DNA of 64,000 bases from Octopus sinensis (Eukaryota): assembly GCF_006345805.1 (NCBI RefSeq), contig NC_043016.1, positions 17,608,001 to 17,672,000 of the forward strand, in the 5' to 3' direction. Below are positions 52,470 to 64,000 of the stretch, in pieces. The translations under genes were made by a program, and so were the position numbers. Within the stretch, counting starts at the first letter, position 1, and every line of letters starts with the position of its first letter. The notes under the pieces were generated by a model. The model was given only the letters and a program-made list of their open reading frames with translations. It ran no database searches and had not been told where the DNA came from.

Positions 52470-54095
52470 AGGAATCAGCTACTCATTAATAAAATGATCT
52501 TAGATTTTCACAAACGACACAAAAACTTGTCAATAGCCTAGATAGACTATAAAAAGCTTTTGATAGTCTACCACACAGCTGGATAAAGAAATGTCTGGAA
52601 ATGTATAAAATAGCTCCTACTCTGTGAAACTTTTTGTTTGTAAGTATGAGATCATGGAAAACCACACTGACTTTGAGCAGTGAAAATGAATCTCTAAATG
52701 TCTGGTGATGTAAGAATTTCATGTGGCATTATCCAAGGTGAGTCACTATCACCACTCCGCTTTTGTCTAGTCTTAATACCTCTCTCAAAATTGCTCAATG
52801 ATATACAGTACGGTTATAAAATGTTTGATAAAAATATAAATCATCTCATTTACATGGATGATTTAAAGCTCTTTGCTAAAAACGACCAACAACCCAAGGG
52901 CTTACTAGCGATTGTTAAGCAATTCAGTGATGACATCAGGAGGCAATTTGGCCTCGATAAATGTGCAAAAGCTACCTTTATCAAAGGAAAAATGATAGAA
53001 ACATCTAACGTTTACCTCGACCAGCAGAATGTCATAAAAGAGTTAGACCCATCGGAGAGCTACAAGTACCTAGGAGTAATTGAAGGGGACGGAATAAGGC
53101 ATTCAGTGATGAAGGAAAGGATCAGGAGAGGATGTTATCGCAGTGTAAGAGCAATACTCAATACAGAGTTGAATGCGAGAAACAGGATTGAAGTGATTAA
53201 TGATTTAGCCATACCAGTCGTGACTTACAGTTTGAATATCATTAACTGGTCAATTACTGAAATATGTAATCTTGAAAGAAAAATACGAAAACTGTTGACA
53301 ATGCATAGAATGCACTACCCTAAGACAGATATAGAACGACTTTATCTGCCAAGAAAAGAGGGAGGCCGTGGACTTTTACAACTGGCAATAACAATGAAGA
53401 TTGCTACAATTGGCCTAGACACCTACCTGAAAATCTCTGATGGCTGGATGTTAAAGCTTGTCTCAAAACATGAAAACAAGAAAGCATCATACTCAGTAAC
53501 AAAACAGACAAAGGGATATCTAAGTGAATTCCAAATACAACAAATTTCAGAATTAGACGTACTAGAAACAAGCACAGAAAAATCTAAGTGTATGAAAACC
53601 CGTGCTAAAACTGCTGCCTTAGATACTCTGAATGACAAATGGCAAGAAAAACCTCTTAATGGCAAATAACCAAAGAGAGCTAATAGTGCCAATGTTGACA
53701 AAGCCCTTACCCATCAATGGCTAATGGCTTCTGGTTTAAAATCAGAAACAGAAGGGTTTATTATAGCAACCCGAGATCAATGCCTACTTACAAGGAACTA
53801 CCAGGCCAACATATTAAAGAACGGCAAAATGGCAGAAATTCAAAAGATAGTGCTCATGGGAACTGCCCATATCCTACGTAAAATACTGTCTATATATCTC
53901 AAATTTGAAAACAAACTTATAATTCTCTTATGTCTTCTTAAACATTCTCTTGAACAATACTATGTACAAAACCAAATATATGACACTCTAGGCATAACAC
54001 CAACATGAACTTCTAAGTTGTTGTCTCTTGAAGTCTCTGGGTGAGATTTGGAGTCCACTTGTACAAATGTAAAGCAAAAGTCAAACATAGAACAA
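52470..54095 (+). mobile_element. R4/Dong-like LINE with the best-preserved RT (open 52698-53669), an internal deletion of CCHC/RLE, and a 3' UTR ending in (AAT)n
   Basis: GIIQGESLSPL..NHLIYMDDLKLF..FGLDKC..SYKYLG..ELNARN..HYPKTDIERLYLPRKEGGRGL. LKSETEGFI..RNYQANILKNG is fused to KMAEIQKIVLMGTAHILRK. Confidence 0.92.
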
Positions 54096-54112
54096 TAATG
54101 ATGATGATGATG

Positions 54113-54181
<69 letters not shown>

Positions 54182-54185
54182 TAAT

Positions 54186-54679
54186 AAATGCCCTGATGCA
54201 GTATCAGACAGTGGGTCTCATGGCTTCTGATCTTAACTGATTGGAAGTGTTATCATGTACATTGTTTTGTCTTGGTACAAAAGATGGGTTACAGCAAATA
54301 CCACAGGTTTGCTTGTCATTTGTTTCACCATAAACCAGTTGAGCATGTTCCTTAGTGGCTGACGATATGTGCATCTCTGATCATGAGCAGGAATAGTGGG
54401 AGATTATCATAGCCATGTGTTGAGAGGAATTCCTTGGGGTTTCGATAATTCACATTTGGAAACGTGGGTGTTTCGTTTAACATCCTTAACAACCCTTTAC
54501 TCAACCTGAAGAAAATTTTAACTGGGCTCCACCTGCAAGGTCATGATCTGTTTATCTTTATATGGTTGTGATGCATGTACCTTGTGTACCCTTATCAAAC
54601 AGGTAGTCATGATGGGTATACTGGGTTTCGTATATTTTACCCCAGTGTCATTTTGATGACATGTACCACTCTCTCACTC
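54186..54679. mobile_element. ~560-bp (TTA)n-embedded element, copy 3 (opposite orientation, more decayed)
   Basis: aaatgccctgatgcagta..actctctcactc between (AAT)n tracts. Confidence 0.85.
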
Positions 54680-54694
54680 AATAATAATAATAAT

Positions 54695-56350
54695 GGTTGT
54701 AAAGTGCAACGATTGGTAAATCGAGCCATTATAGAGAACTATAAAAAGAGAAAGACAAACCTCAACATGACTTGGATTGGTTGCCAAAAAGTATTCGATA
54801 GTGTTCCACACTTATGGAACTGGAATCTTTCCACACAAATAAAGTAGCTCCAACATGTTCTAAAATATATCAAACATGTAATGGCAAACTGGAAAACGAG
54901 TATAACATCGAAAAATGAGTCAGAAGATATTAAAACTTGCCCTATACCCATAAGAAGAGTGTTTTCCATGGGGACTCGCTGTCACCCCTGCTTTTCTGTC
55001 TTAGTCTGATCCCGCTAACAATCTTTTGAAATGAAACCGCCATGAGTAACGATCCTATGGACAAACAATAAACCTTCTCCTATACACGGATTACTCAAAA
55101 ACGTTCGTAAAAAATACCACGGAACAAAAGTAAGCAGTTGTCCATAGTTTCAGCAAGGACATCGGGATGAGCATGAGGCTGGACAAATGTGACATTGAGA
55201 AGGGGCAAATTAATTAGCATTCATAACACCGCACTCGACATAAACACAAAAATAGGAGAATTAGACTACAATCGCTCTTACGAATAACTAGGAATGGACG
55301 AAACCGCTAAAATACAACACACAGAAATGAAAGAGTAAATTAGGAGAGAATATTACAAAAGAGATAGCCTAGTGTTAAACACTGAACTCAATGCTAAGAA
55401 TAAGATAATAGGGAAAAACACGCTAGCCATACCAGTCATAAATTACAACTTCAGCATAATAAACTGGAAAATCAGTGAATTGAGAAACTTAGAAGAACCA
55501 GATAACTATTAACCACATACTGCAGTCACCATCCCAAAGCAGACATAGATAGAATATATCTATCTCGCTCAGAAAGAGGTCGCGTTCTGGCACAGATAGA
55601 GAACAACTACAAAATAACAATAGTTGGACAAGAAAAGTGCTGGAAACAAAAAAAAAATGTACGCAACTCCGAATTTGAACTCAGAACGTAAAGACAGACA
55701 AAATCCCGCTAAACATTTTGTCCTGCCTGCTAATGGTTCTGCCAGTTCAATCCTCAACTGGTATTTATTTTACCATCCGCGAAACGATGAAAGCAACACG
55801 AACAAAGGAGGCGACAAAATACAAAACAGAGACAAACTATACTGATGCACCAATCTTGGTTTACAGCATAACAGAAACGACCAGAGAGACAAAAAACATG
55901 AAAACAGAAAGAACAACAAACTCTCTAAAGAAGAAATAAAGAGAATAATCACTCCATAGCCAATACCTTGCAAGAAGTGAGCTTAAGTAAAAGCTAAAAA
56001 TGGCTCAAAAGCTCTGGACTAAAAGCTGAAATGGAAGGACTGATTTTCACTGCACAAGACCAATGCCTAACTACAAACAACTATAAAAGCAAAATAATGT
56101 AAACAGGCCCTCATATCAAATGCAGAATGTGCAACCAGCACAATGAGTCAGTTGAGCACATAGTCTCTGGCTTTCCAGTCCTTGTCAAATTTGAATATAT
56201 ATATATAGACATGATCAAGTAGTTATGTCAGCTGAACATTATATGCCAGCACTACAACATAAAAACTAACAAGAACAGGTATAAACGTCTGCCAAACAAG
56301 ATACATGACAATGACCAGGCCACAATCTTCTAGAATATGCCTGTTCAAAC
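54695..56350 (+). mobile_element. Decayed R4/Dong-like LINE (RT to CCHC) with a SINE-C piece at ~55665-55800
   Basis: WIGCQKVFDSVPH; GDSLSPLLFCL; ELNAKNK; HPKADIDRIYL; CRMCNQHNESVEHIVSGFP. Confidence 0.75.
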
Positions 56351-56359
56351 GATTCTATC

Positions 56360-57620
56360 AACAACTCGGTAGAGATAAAATGGAAATCAATGCAACGCCA
56401 GCAACACAGTAATTAGAAGGATTTTGGAAAGAAGTATTGGCAGCGAAGAATTACCCAATACAAAACTTTAATTAAAACAATAAGCACAGCACCTGAACGA
56501 TTCCGGAGACCCTTAACTACGAAAGCGGTAACCCGGGCAGTGCAAAATTCAAATAACTGGAAGACACCAAAACACAAGATTCCTAATTTCTGGTTAAGAT
56601 ATTTATCAGGGACACTTAAGGTGCTTGTAGAGAAGTTCAATAAAATGCTGATGGGACTAGAGACAACACCTGGCTCACAGAAAAGAAAACCATTCTAAAT
56701 CCCAGATCTACGAAACTACAAACCCACAAACCTACAGATCTGTAACTTGTCTCCCTACAACCTATAAGGCCTTAAACGCAATAATATTCTAGAAAATGGG
56801 CAAACATTTTGAAGAAAACATATTTCCAGAAGACCAGAAGGGATGTTGGTAAGGCTTATATGCTTGTAAAGATCAGTTATCGATCAATAGAGCCATAACT
56901 GAAGACTGCCGAAAGAAAAAGAAGAGTATAAGCATGGCTTGGATTGATTATCAGAAGGCTTTTGACAGTATTCCCCACTCATAGATTCTGAAAAGACTAG
57001 TCATGATCCACTTTAATAGAATTTATAAAACATGTAATGAGCAAATGACAAACAGTTCTGCAGCTACAGACAAAAGAGAGAATTATAAAAACTAAAGCCA
57101 TCTCCATTGAAAGAGGAATGCTCCAGGGAGAATCGCTCTTGCCATTCCTTTCCTGTCTGGTATTAACACCTTTAACGGAGATGCTAAGCAGAACTGGATG
57201 TAGAAACATCTGATAAGGTAAAATCATAAACTGTCTCTTGTATGATGCAAATGATAAACTGGAAATATTGCTGCAGGGAGCGCAAGGAATTACCAAAGAA
57301 ATAAAACTGAAATTCGGTTGAGAAAAAAGATCAAGGTATCCTTAAAAAGAGGAAAACTTATTAAGAATAACAATATCACACTAGAGGAAGAAAATGAAAA
57401 AGAGAATTAGACAGTCAAATACTTAAGAATCAATGAAATAGATACGGTACGATACACACAAATGAAAGAAAGTAAAGAAGGAATATTATAGGCGAAATAT
57501 TTAAAACAGAGTTCAATTCAAAAAATAAGATAATGAACATCGATACTTTAGCTCTTCTAGTTATAGGTTAGTTACAATATTCTTAAATGGACGCTAAATG
57601 CACTATCCAAACTAGACAGG
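56360..57620 (+). mobile_element. Decayed R4/Dong-like RT fragment
   Basis: NWKTPKHKIPNFWL; YRSVTCLPTTYK; EDQKGC..CKDQLSIN..WIDYQKAFDSIPH; QGESLLP. Confidence 0.8.
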
Positions 57621-57627
57621 GAGACTA

Positions 57628-57912
57628 CTCTAGGCACAAAGCCCGAGAGGGGGCAGTCGATTAGATCGATCTCAGTACGCAACTCAGAATTTGAACTCAG
57701 AACGTAAAGACAGACAACATGCCGCCAAACATTTTGTCCGGCCTGCTAATGGTTCTTCCAGTTCAATCCTCAACTAGTATTTATTTTACCATCCGCGAAA
57801 TGATGAAAAGCAAAGCTGACCTCGGTGGAATTTGAACCCAGATCGTATAGACGGACGAAATGTTACTAGGTATTTAGTCCGGTGTGCTAATATTTCTGCT
57901 AGCTCACCGGCT
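57628..57912 (-). mobile_element. Family-C SINE, partial tandem duplicate
   Basis: Two successive gaatttgaac.cag..gt..agac.gac units. Confidence 0.75.
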
Positions 57913-57949
57913 TAATAATAATAACAACAACAACAACAATAATAATAAT

Positions 57950-59500
57950 GATAATACAAGAGATGCGGCATCTTAATGATACAAAAGATGGTGCTTATAG
58001 TATTAATTTGGCTTAGAAAAATACACCAATGCAACCTCGAAAAGAGGAAAGCTAGCTAAGAAAAACAACATCACACTAGATAAAGCAAATGAAATAAGAG
58101 AATTAAACCAAAGCCAGACATACAAATACTTTGGAATCAATGAACTAGATATGAAACAACACACAAATAAGAAATGAATAATACAGACGAGTTAGATTAA
58201 TACGGAAAAGAGAGGTCAATGCGAAAAACAAGATAATAGGTATCAACACTATGCGTTTCACTTATAAGTTACAGCTACAGTATTATTAACTGAACTTTAA
58301 ATGAACTAATCAAAATAGACAGGGAAACAAGAAAAATAATGACAGGATTTAGGATGAACCATCCAAAATCTGTCATGGAAAGGTTAAATCTACAACGTAT
58401 CAGAGGTGGTAGAAGTCTTATACAGCTAGAAAACTATTACAAAATAACCACCATAGGATTACAGAAATATCTACTTAAGAAACAAGGAAAACTTATACAA
58501 ATAGCCACAAAACACGAACAAAACAGAAAATTGCTTTCTATCTTTAAGGAAACTGACAAATACAAAAAACAAGTTATTGTTCTTAACAGCTATGAAGAAA
58601 AAGAAGAAATTACAAAAGCTGTAAAACAACTGAAATCCAAACTAAAACTGGAAAAGCAACGGACCATGATAAAACGATGGCAAGAAAAGCCCTTTCATGG
58701 CAAATACTGGGTTAAACTAAACAGAAAAGAAATAGACAAAGTAAAATCCCAACAATGGCTGAGAAGCTCAGGACTCAAAGCAGAGACTTAAGGGATTTTT
58801 AATTGCAGCACAAGATCAAAGCCTTACCACCAGAAATTACCAAAACATATAATGAAAAGAAATACAATAACTAACTGCAGAATGTGGTGAGGGAGAAGAA
58901 ACAATAAATAATATTGTCTTTGGATGCCCACTCCTGGCTAAGAAGGAATATATTCACAGACACGACAGAGTTGGGACCTACATATACTGGAAACTATGCC
59001 AACATTATGGAATAACAACAGAAAAAAGATGGTATAGGTACACCCCAGACAAAGTCACGGAAAATGAGAAAGCAACAATACTATGGAATATCTCAATACT
59101 CACAGATAGAGAAATTAAGGCCAATAGGCCCGAGATAGTTGTCAAAGATAACCAAGAAAAATGCTTTCTAATCAATGTATCAAAACCAACAGATAACAAC
59201 GTTTCTCTAAAAGAACCGGAGAAACTCAAAATACAAAGATCTGGAAACTTGAATGTGGAATCTAAAAAGAGAAACAGTTCCTATAATAGCGGGTGCATTA
59301 GGTATGATAAAAACATTCGGACAAACACATAACAAAAGCACCAGGACATACAAGTATATATAACATACAGAAAATAGCACTACTGGGTACCACACACATC
59401 CTACATAAAACACTTTCAATACAGTAAAAATAAGAGCATCACAACAAACCACAGCACATACCCAAGGCACACAGAGCTGCACGTGATAAAAATAAGACTG
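57950..59500 (+). mobile_element. R4/Dong-like LINE C-terminal half with 3' UTR ending at (AAT)n
   Basis: NHPKSVMERLNL.RIRGGRSL; WQEKPFHGKY..WLRSSGLKAET; CRM..ETI..I..GCPLLAKKEYIHRHDRVG; WY..TP..ENEK.TIL; NRPEIVVKD; PIIAGALGMIK. Confidence 0.88.
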
Positions 59501-59535
59501 TATAATAATAATAATGATAATAATAATGATAATAA

Positions 59536-59727
59536 TATTCTTTTCTATTCTAAGCACAGTCGATTAGATCGACCCCAGTGCGTAAATGGTGCTCAACTTA
59601 TCGACCCCGTAAGGATGAAAAGCAAAGTCGACTTCGGCAGAATTTGAACTCAGAACGTAACGGCAGACGAAATACTGCTAAGCATTTCACCCGCCGTGCT
59701 CACGATTCTACCTGCACACCACCTTGA
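59536..59727 (-). mobile_element. Family-C SINE whose (ATT)n tail is the LINE's 3' flank
   Basis: gtcgattagatcgaccccag..aaagtcgacttcggcagaatttgaactcagaacg. Confidence 0.85.
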
Positions 59728-60235
59728 ATTATTGCTATGACAATGCTGCTCTTAATTCTTACCGGAAAAGCTGACGTTTTGGTCGTCGATGTACAAACAA
59801 CCGGATACTTTATAATCGATTGAGAACCAAAACATTGACTCCGATCAATGTTATATTATTAGAAGTTAGGTTAGACCTGTTAAGAAAGAATTCTAATGCT
59901 TTTATGGAGCTGCTAATTCTCTCAGATTTTCTTTCATTACTATTCCTTATGATTTTCTTTTGTCTTAATTCATCATGGTTGATGAAATAAGTACTAGCTG
60001 AGATCTGGGGCCGATGTAATCGGCTGGATTCCCTCCCGCAAAATTCAAATTTGTGCCTATAGAAGAAAGAAGTATTTATAAGTGATTGCTAAATGGTGTA
60101 ACTTTTTTTCTTCAAGTTCCTACATTGTTTTCGGCAGATGTTACAAATTCGAAATGGTTTTTATTTGCTTTAGTCGCCCCAAAGTTGGGCTTGCAATGAT
60201 CCTAGTCCAGAGAAATTTTCGATGTCCATTAAAAT

Positions 60236-60459
60236 CTTTTCTTTTATCTTTTACTTGTTTCAGTCTTGGACTGCGACCATAATGGGGCACTGCTTTGAAG
60301 AGTTTGACCCAAGTACTTATTTTAAAACCTGATACTTATTCTATTGTATTCTTGTACCGAGTCGGTAAGTTACGAGAAATAAGCAAATCAACAACGGTTG
60401 TCAAGTGGTAGTGGGGTACATACACAGACAAACATACATATATATGTACACACACACAC

Positions 60460-60546
<87 letters not shown>

Positions 60547-60703
60547 ATATATATATATATATTCATACGACGAACTTGATATCAAATCCTCAAGGTTTTA
60601 GCCTACTCAGTAAAAAATACTTGCGCAAGGTGCCGTATAGTGGGACTGAAGCCGAAATCGTGTGGTTGGGAAGCGAACTTCTTACCACACAAACATGCCT
60701 CCG
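60236..60703 (-). mobile_element. Family-B SINE (decayed)
   Basis: Reverse complement of the 31483-31965 layout, including the internal (CA)/(TA) microsatellite. Confidence 0.75.
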
Positions 60704-63416
60704 TCTAAAGTGAAGTGTTTCTCGTAATCTTGAGAGATACCTGAATATCTCATAATCTCAAACGTTCGTTTTTTAATCTGAGGTGTTTTGGACAAGCGAG
60801 AATCATGCATTTGATACCCCCCCCCCCACCACAAAATTGACTATTTATTGTTTGTAATTTCAGAGAAGATAAACATAATCTCTACCATTGAAACGCTTCT
60901 TTAAAAATTTGAAATTAGGTTTATATTTTCTAGCTTTCCTGTATTAAACTTACAAATATTTACGTCAGCTGAATTAAAGAAAATATAAAATGATAAATAT
61001 CTTTTGAAGTACAAAAACATAAACTGCGATAACAAATTATATTGTAAGATTTTAACATCATTCAGAACATGCCCGCTGGCGATGACTCTACATGGAAAAT
61101 TGCCTTATTTTGAATTTTTATCAAGCTAAAACATATTTTTATTTACATACCCAACGGCAAGATATCAGCTGCAAAATATAAATAAATTACAGTTCTTTAC
61201 TTATCCATTATGTGAATTCTATGCTTATTTTAATTAATATTTAATATTAGGCTTAAGCTGATATAAATCAAAATCGATTCGAAGGAACCCAATAACATTG
61301 TCATTCATATTAACTGTCAAGACTAGCAATTATAATCTCATTTCGATGTATTTATTGATGTATTAATAATTGATCTCTGCGTGGATATCCGAGTTAATTG
61401 AGGTATACAACTGAGAGTTTGGCGATTTCTGCCCAATCATGGCCATCACACTGAGTCTATGCTCAAAACACTTATCCATCAAAATATAGTCGCTTTGATA
61501 TACGTCTTCAAATAGATTAAGATTATCAGTGTTTAGACATGCTCTACCTTGGTGAATGTTTCAGTATGGATTTGCTATTTTAAAGGTATTGTTATTAGCT
61601 AAGAAATATAAAGACAAATTATGGGCGGAAATACTCTGTTTTTGAATAAATCAAAAGATCTGTAAGGAATTGGTTCAAATATGTAAATTCTGAAAAGAAG
61701 TTTTCAACAAAATGCTTCATTGTTTGCGTTATATAATGTTCCAAAATATATGAATATATTTTTATTAACAAAACCAAATCTGTATGCAATATGGTTTTTT
61801 AAAACGTTTGGAAAAATGACCTTAAAATTCTCTTTATTTGATATTCGGAAACCATCTTAATTTTACGCAAAGAAGGATTCCATTGAAAATAGCCGTAGAG
61901 GTTAGTGAATTACTCTTTCTTCAAGACTACTGTGTGAATATTATAAATCGTGCAGGTGTCTTGAGGCCGGGCATACGTAAGTTAAAATTATGGACTGTCG
62001 TATCGAAGAGAACATTTACATGGAATTCGTTATGAATGGACAAAACCACTGTTTGAATGTATAAAGGAAGCAATCGGTATGAAAAATATTCATTTAGCGA
62101 AGCATTTCTGTCTCAGATTGGAAGTAATTTACCTTACAAGAAAGTAAATTATTTTTATTCACGTGCTTCCTTGAAGTGGATATTACAGAGTTGGACCGTT
62201 CTGCTTCCCAAATAATGAAACTTGAATGAGAGAACTACAGAGTGATTATTTGTTGGAATACTTTGCAATTTTTTTACATGAATTTTGGCGAAGTACGCAA
62301 GACACGAATCTGATTGGAATAACGTAAGAGATAGGAGTTAGTGAGATAAGAGCTCGTGAGATAGGATCTATCAAGTGATACCAGGGTTAATTAGAGTAAT
62401 TTCACAAAATTCACAAAAAAACCTGGTTGTAGTTTTCTATGGTTACCATGAAGTTAATTTTGAACGTTGCTTATTATAACTGTATGACTGTAGTCACAAG
62501 ATTATGAGCTTGGGCTTAGAAGACAATGGTTAAACGCTGGTCAACACTGAAAATATTTTTACGTAGACAGAAACAAAATCAGGCCACAAAAACAAAGAAT
62601 TACTGAAGGAGATAATTTTCAGTCAGAATTTGGTTTGGAAAGGTTTTTAAAGTAACAGATAGTAAGAAAATTAGACGTTTCGACGACACAAATATTAAAA
62701 TACTGCATTTGTAACAACAAATTCGAAAAATAAATATGATATCTCCCCTATGTCAATATGTAGCAGTCAAATACTAATGTCGTTATAATCAAGTATATCT
62801 CACCTATAAAATTTGTGTATTTGTACTTATATTAGAATAGATATCATAATGAAAACTATTTATGATACTATGTTGTGTTATAGTGTACGTAAATTATGTA
62901 TGAAAGAGAAAAAGGTGGTGAAAACGGATCGGTTAGGTAAATGGAAGCACATGAACCTTACTGAAATGTTTCAGGTAGAACAGTGTAATTCCTAGGTGCG
63001 AAAACTATATAATATGGATTTCAGTTGAAATCAATACCTGAATGGATAATGTGTTCAGGCTAGAATTATTAGATAAAAATCTAGCGATAATCTGTACAGT
63101 TGTTTATGTGGATGACTGTGATAAATGTGGTTAAATTTAGAGTAGCTGGATTTGAAATGATGGGATTATCAAGGGAATAGCCAAGAATATATATTATTTG
63201 GTAGACAATTAAGTGATAAAAGATTGTTTATGTATGACTTGAAAATTGAGATAAATGTGTCGGGAGAATTCAATATTTATTCAGTGGAACAAAAGAAAGC
63301 GTAAGCGACATGTTGTACGGCAACCAACGACTACGTGTGAATCTATTTAAGCCGCTGGAGTGAGTGAGTGAGTGAGTGAGGGAGTGTGTATGTGTGCGTG
63401 TGTTGTGAGTGTGTGC

Positions 63417-63459
<43 letters not shown>

Positions 63460-64000
63460 CAGAGAAATAGAGAGGAGGAGAGGAGAAAAAGAGAGTGAGA
63501 GAAAACGTGCCGTGCTTAGAGATGTGGCGTGGAGTTTATAGTAATGGCGAAGTAATGAATAATGAAGGGAAAGGAACCAAGTGGACACTGAAAATGATAT
63601 CACTACAGTAGAGAAATAAAGTTTTGGATGTGGATCGTATTAACATTTTCAGAGTGACGTTAAACATCGAAATTTAAGCAGTAAATCCAAAGAAACTAAT
63701 TAGAATTGAAAGTCTCCGTCAGATATGTGTGGTAATACAAAGAAACAAGAAAAGCGTTGCATTCACTTGGCATGAAGTCTGAAAGAATTATTTTAAATAA
63801 TTATTACCAAAAGACGAAAATACGTTAATGGATTTTGCAGTACCTTATTAATCACAAAAACAATCATAAAATAAAATAACAGAGCCAAGTAGAATGCGCT
63901 CTTCAGAAGACTGCTTGAATTACAAATGTCACGGGAAAAAAAGGATAAACAGGTTTACTTTAAAAGGCAATTTTTTTGAAATGCTAAAAAATGTATGCAA

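Overview
AT-rich animal genomic DNA, very rich in microsatellites and transposon relics. The repeat families suggest a coleoid cephalopod, most likely Octopus (inferred from recalled repeat sequences, not searched). The only host coding sequence I can support is one 421-bp minus-strand exon (27206-27626) of an ether-a-go-go (Eag/Kv10) K+ channel, covering S4, S5, the pore (TSVGFGN) and the start of S6. The rest appears intronic. It contains (i) many decayed RLE-type (R4/Dong-like) non-LTR retrotransposons whose junctions abut (AAT)n arrays, plus a distinct family abutting (ATAC)n arrays; (ii) three Penelope-like elements of at least two lineages; (iii) a Tx1/L1-like and an RTE LINE; (iv) several tRNA-derived SINE families with shuffled modules; (v) a TA-flanked MITE; and (vi) a ~560-bp non-coding element found three times inside (TTA)n tracts. 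The most interesting signals are a tRNA-headed SINE carrying a Penelope-type minimal hammerhead ribozyme (two copies form a head-to-head palindrome), apparent microsatellite-specific retrotransposon targeting, and two perfect palindromes (88 bp and 42 bp). Boundaries of decayed repeats are approximate. All alignments were done by eye.
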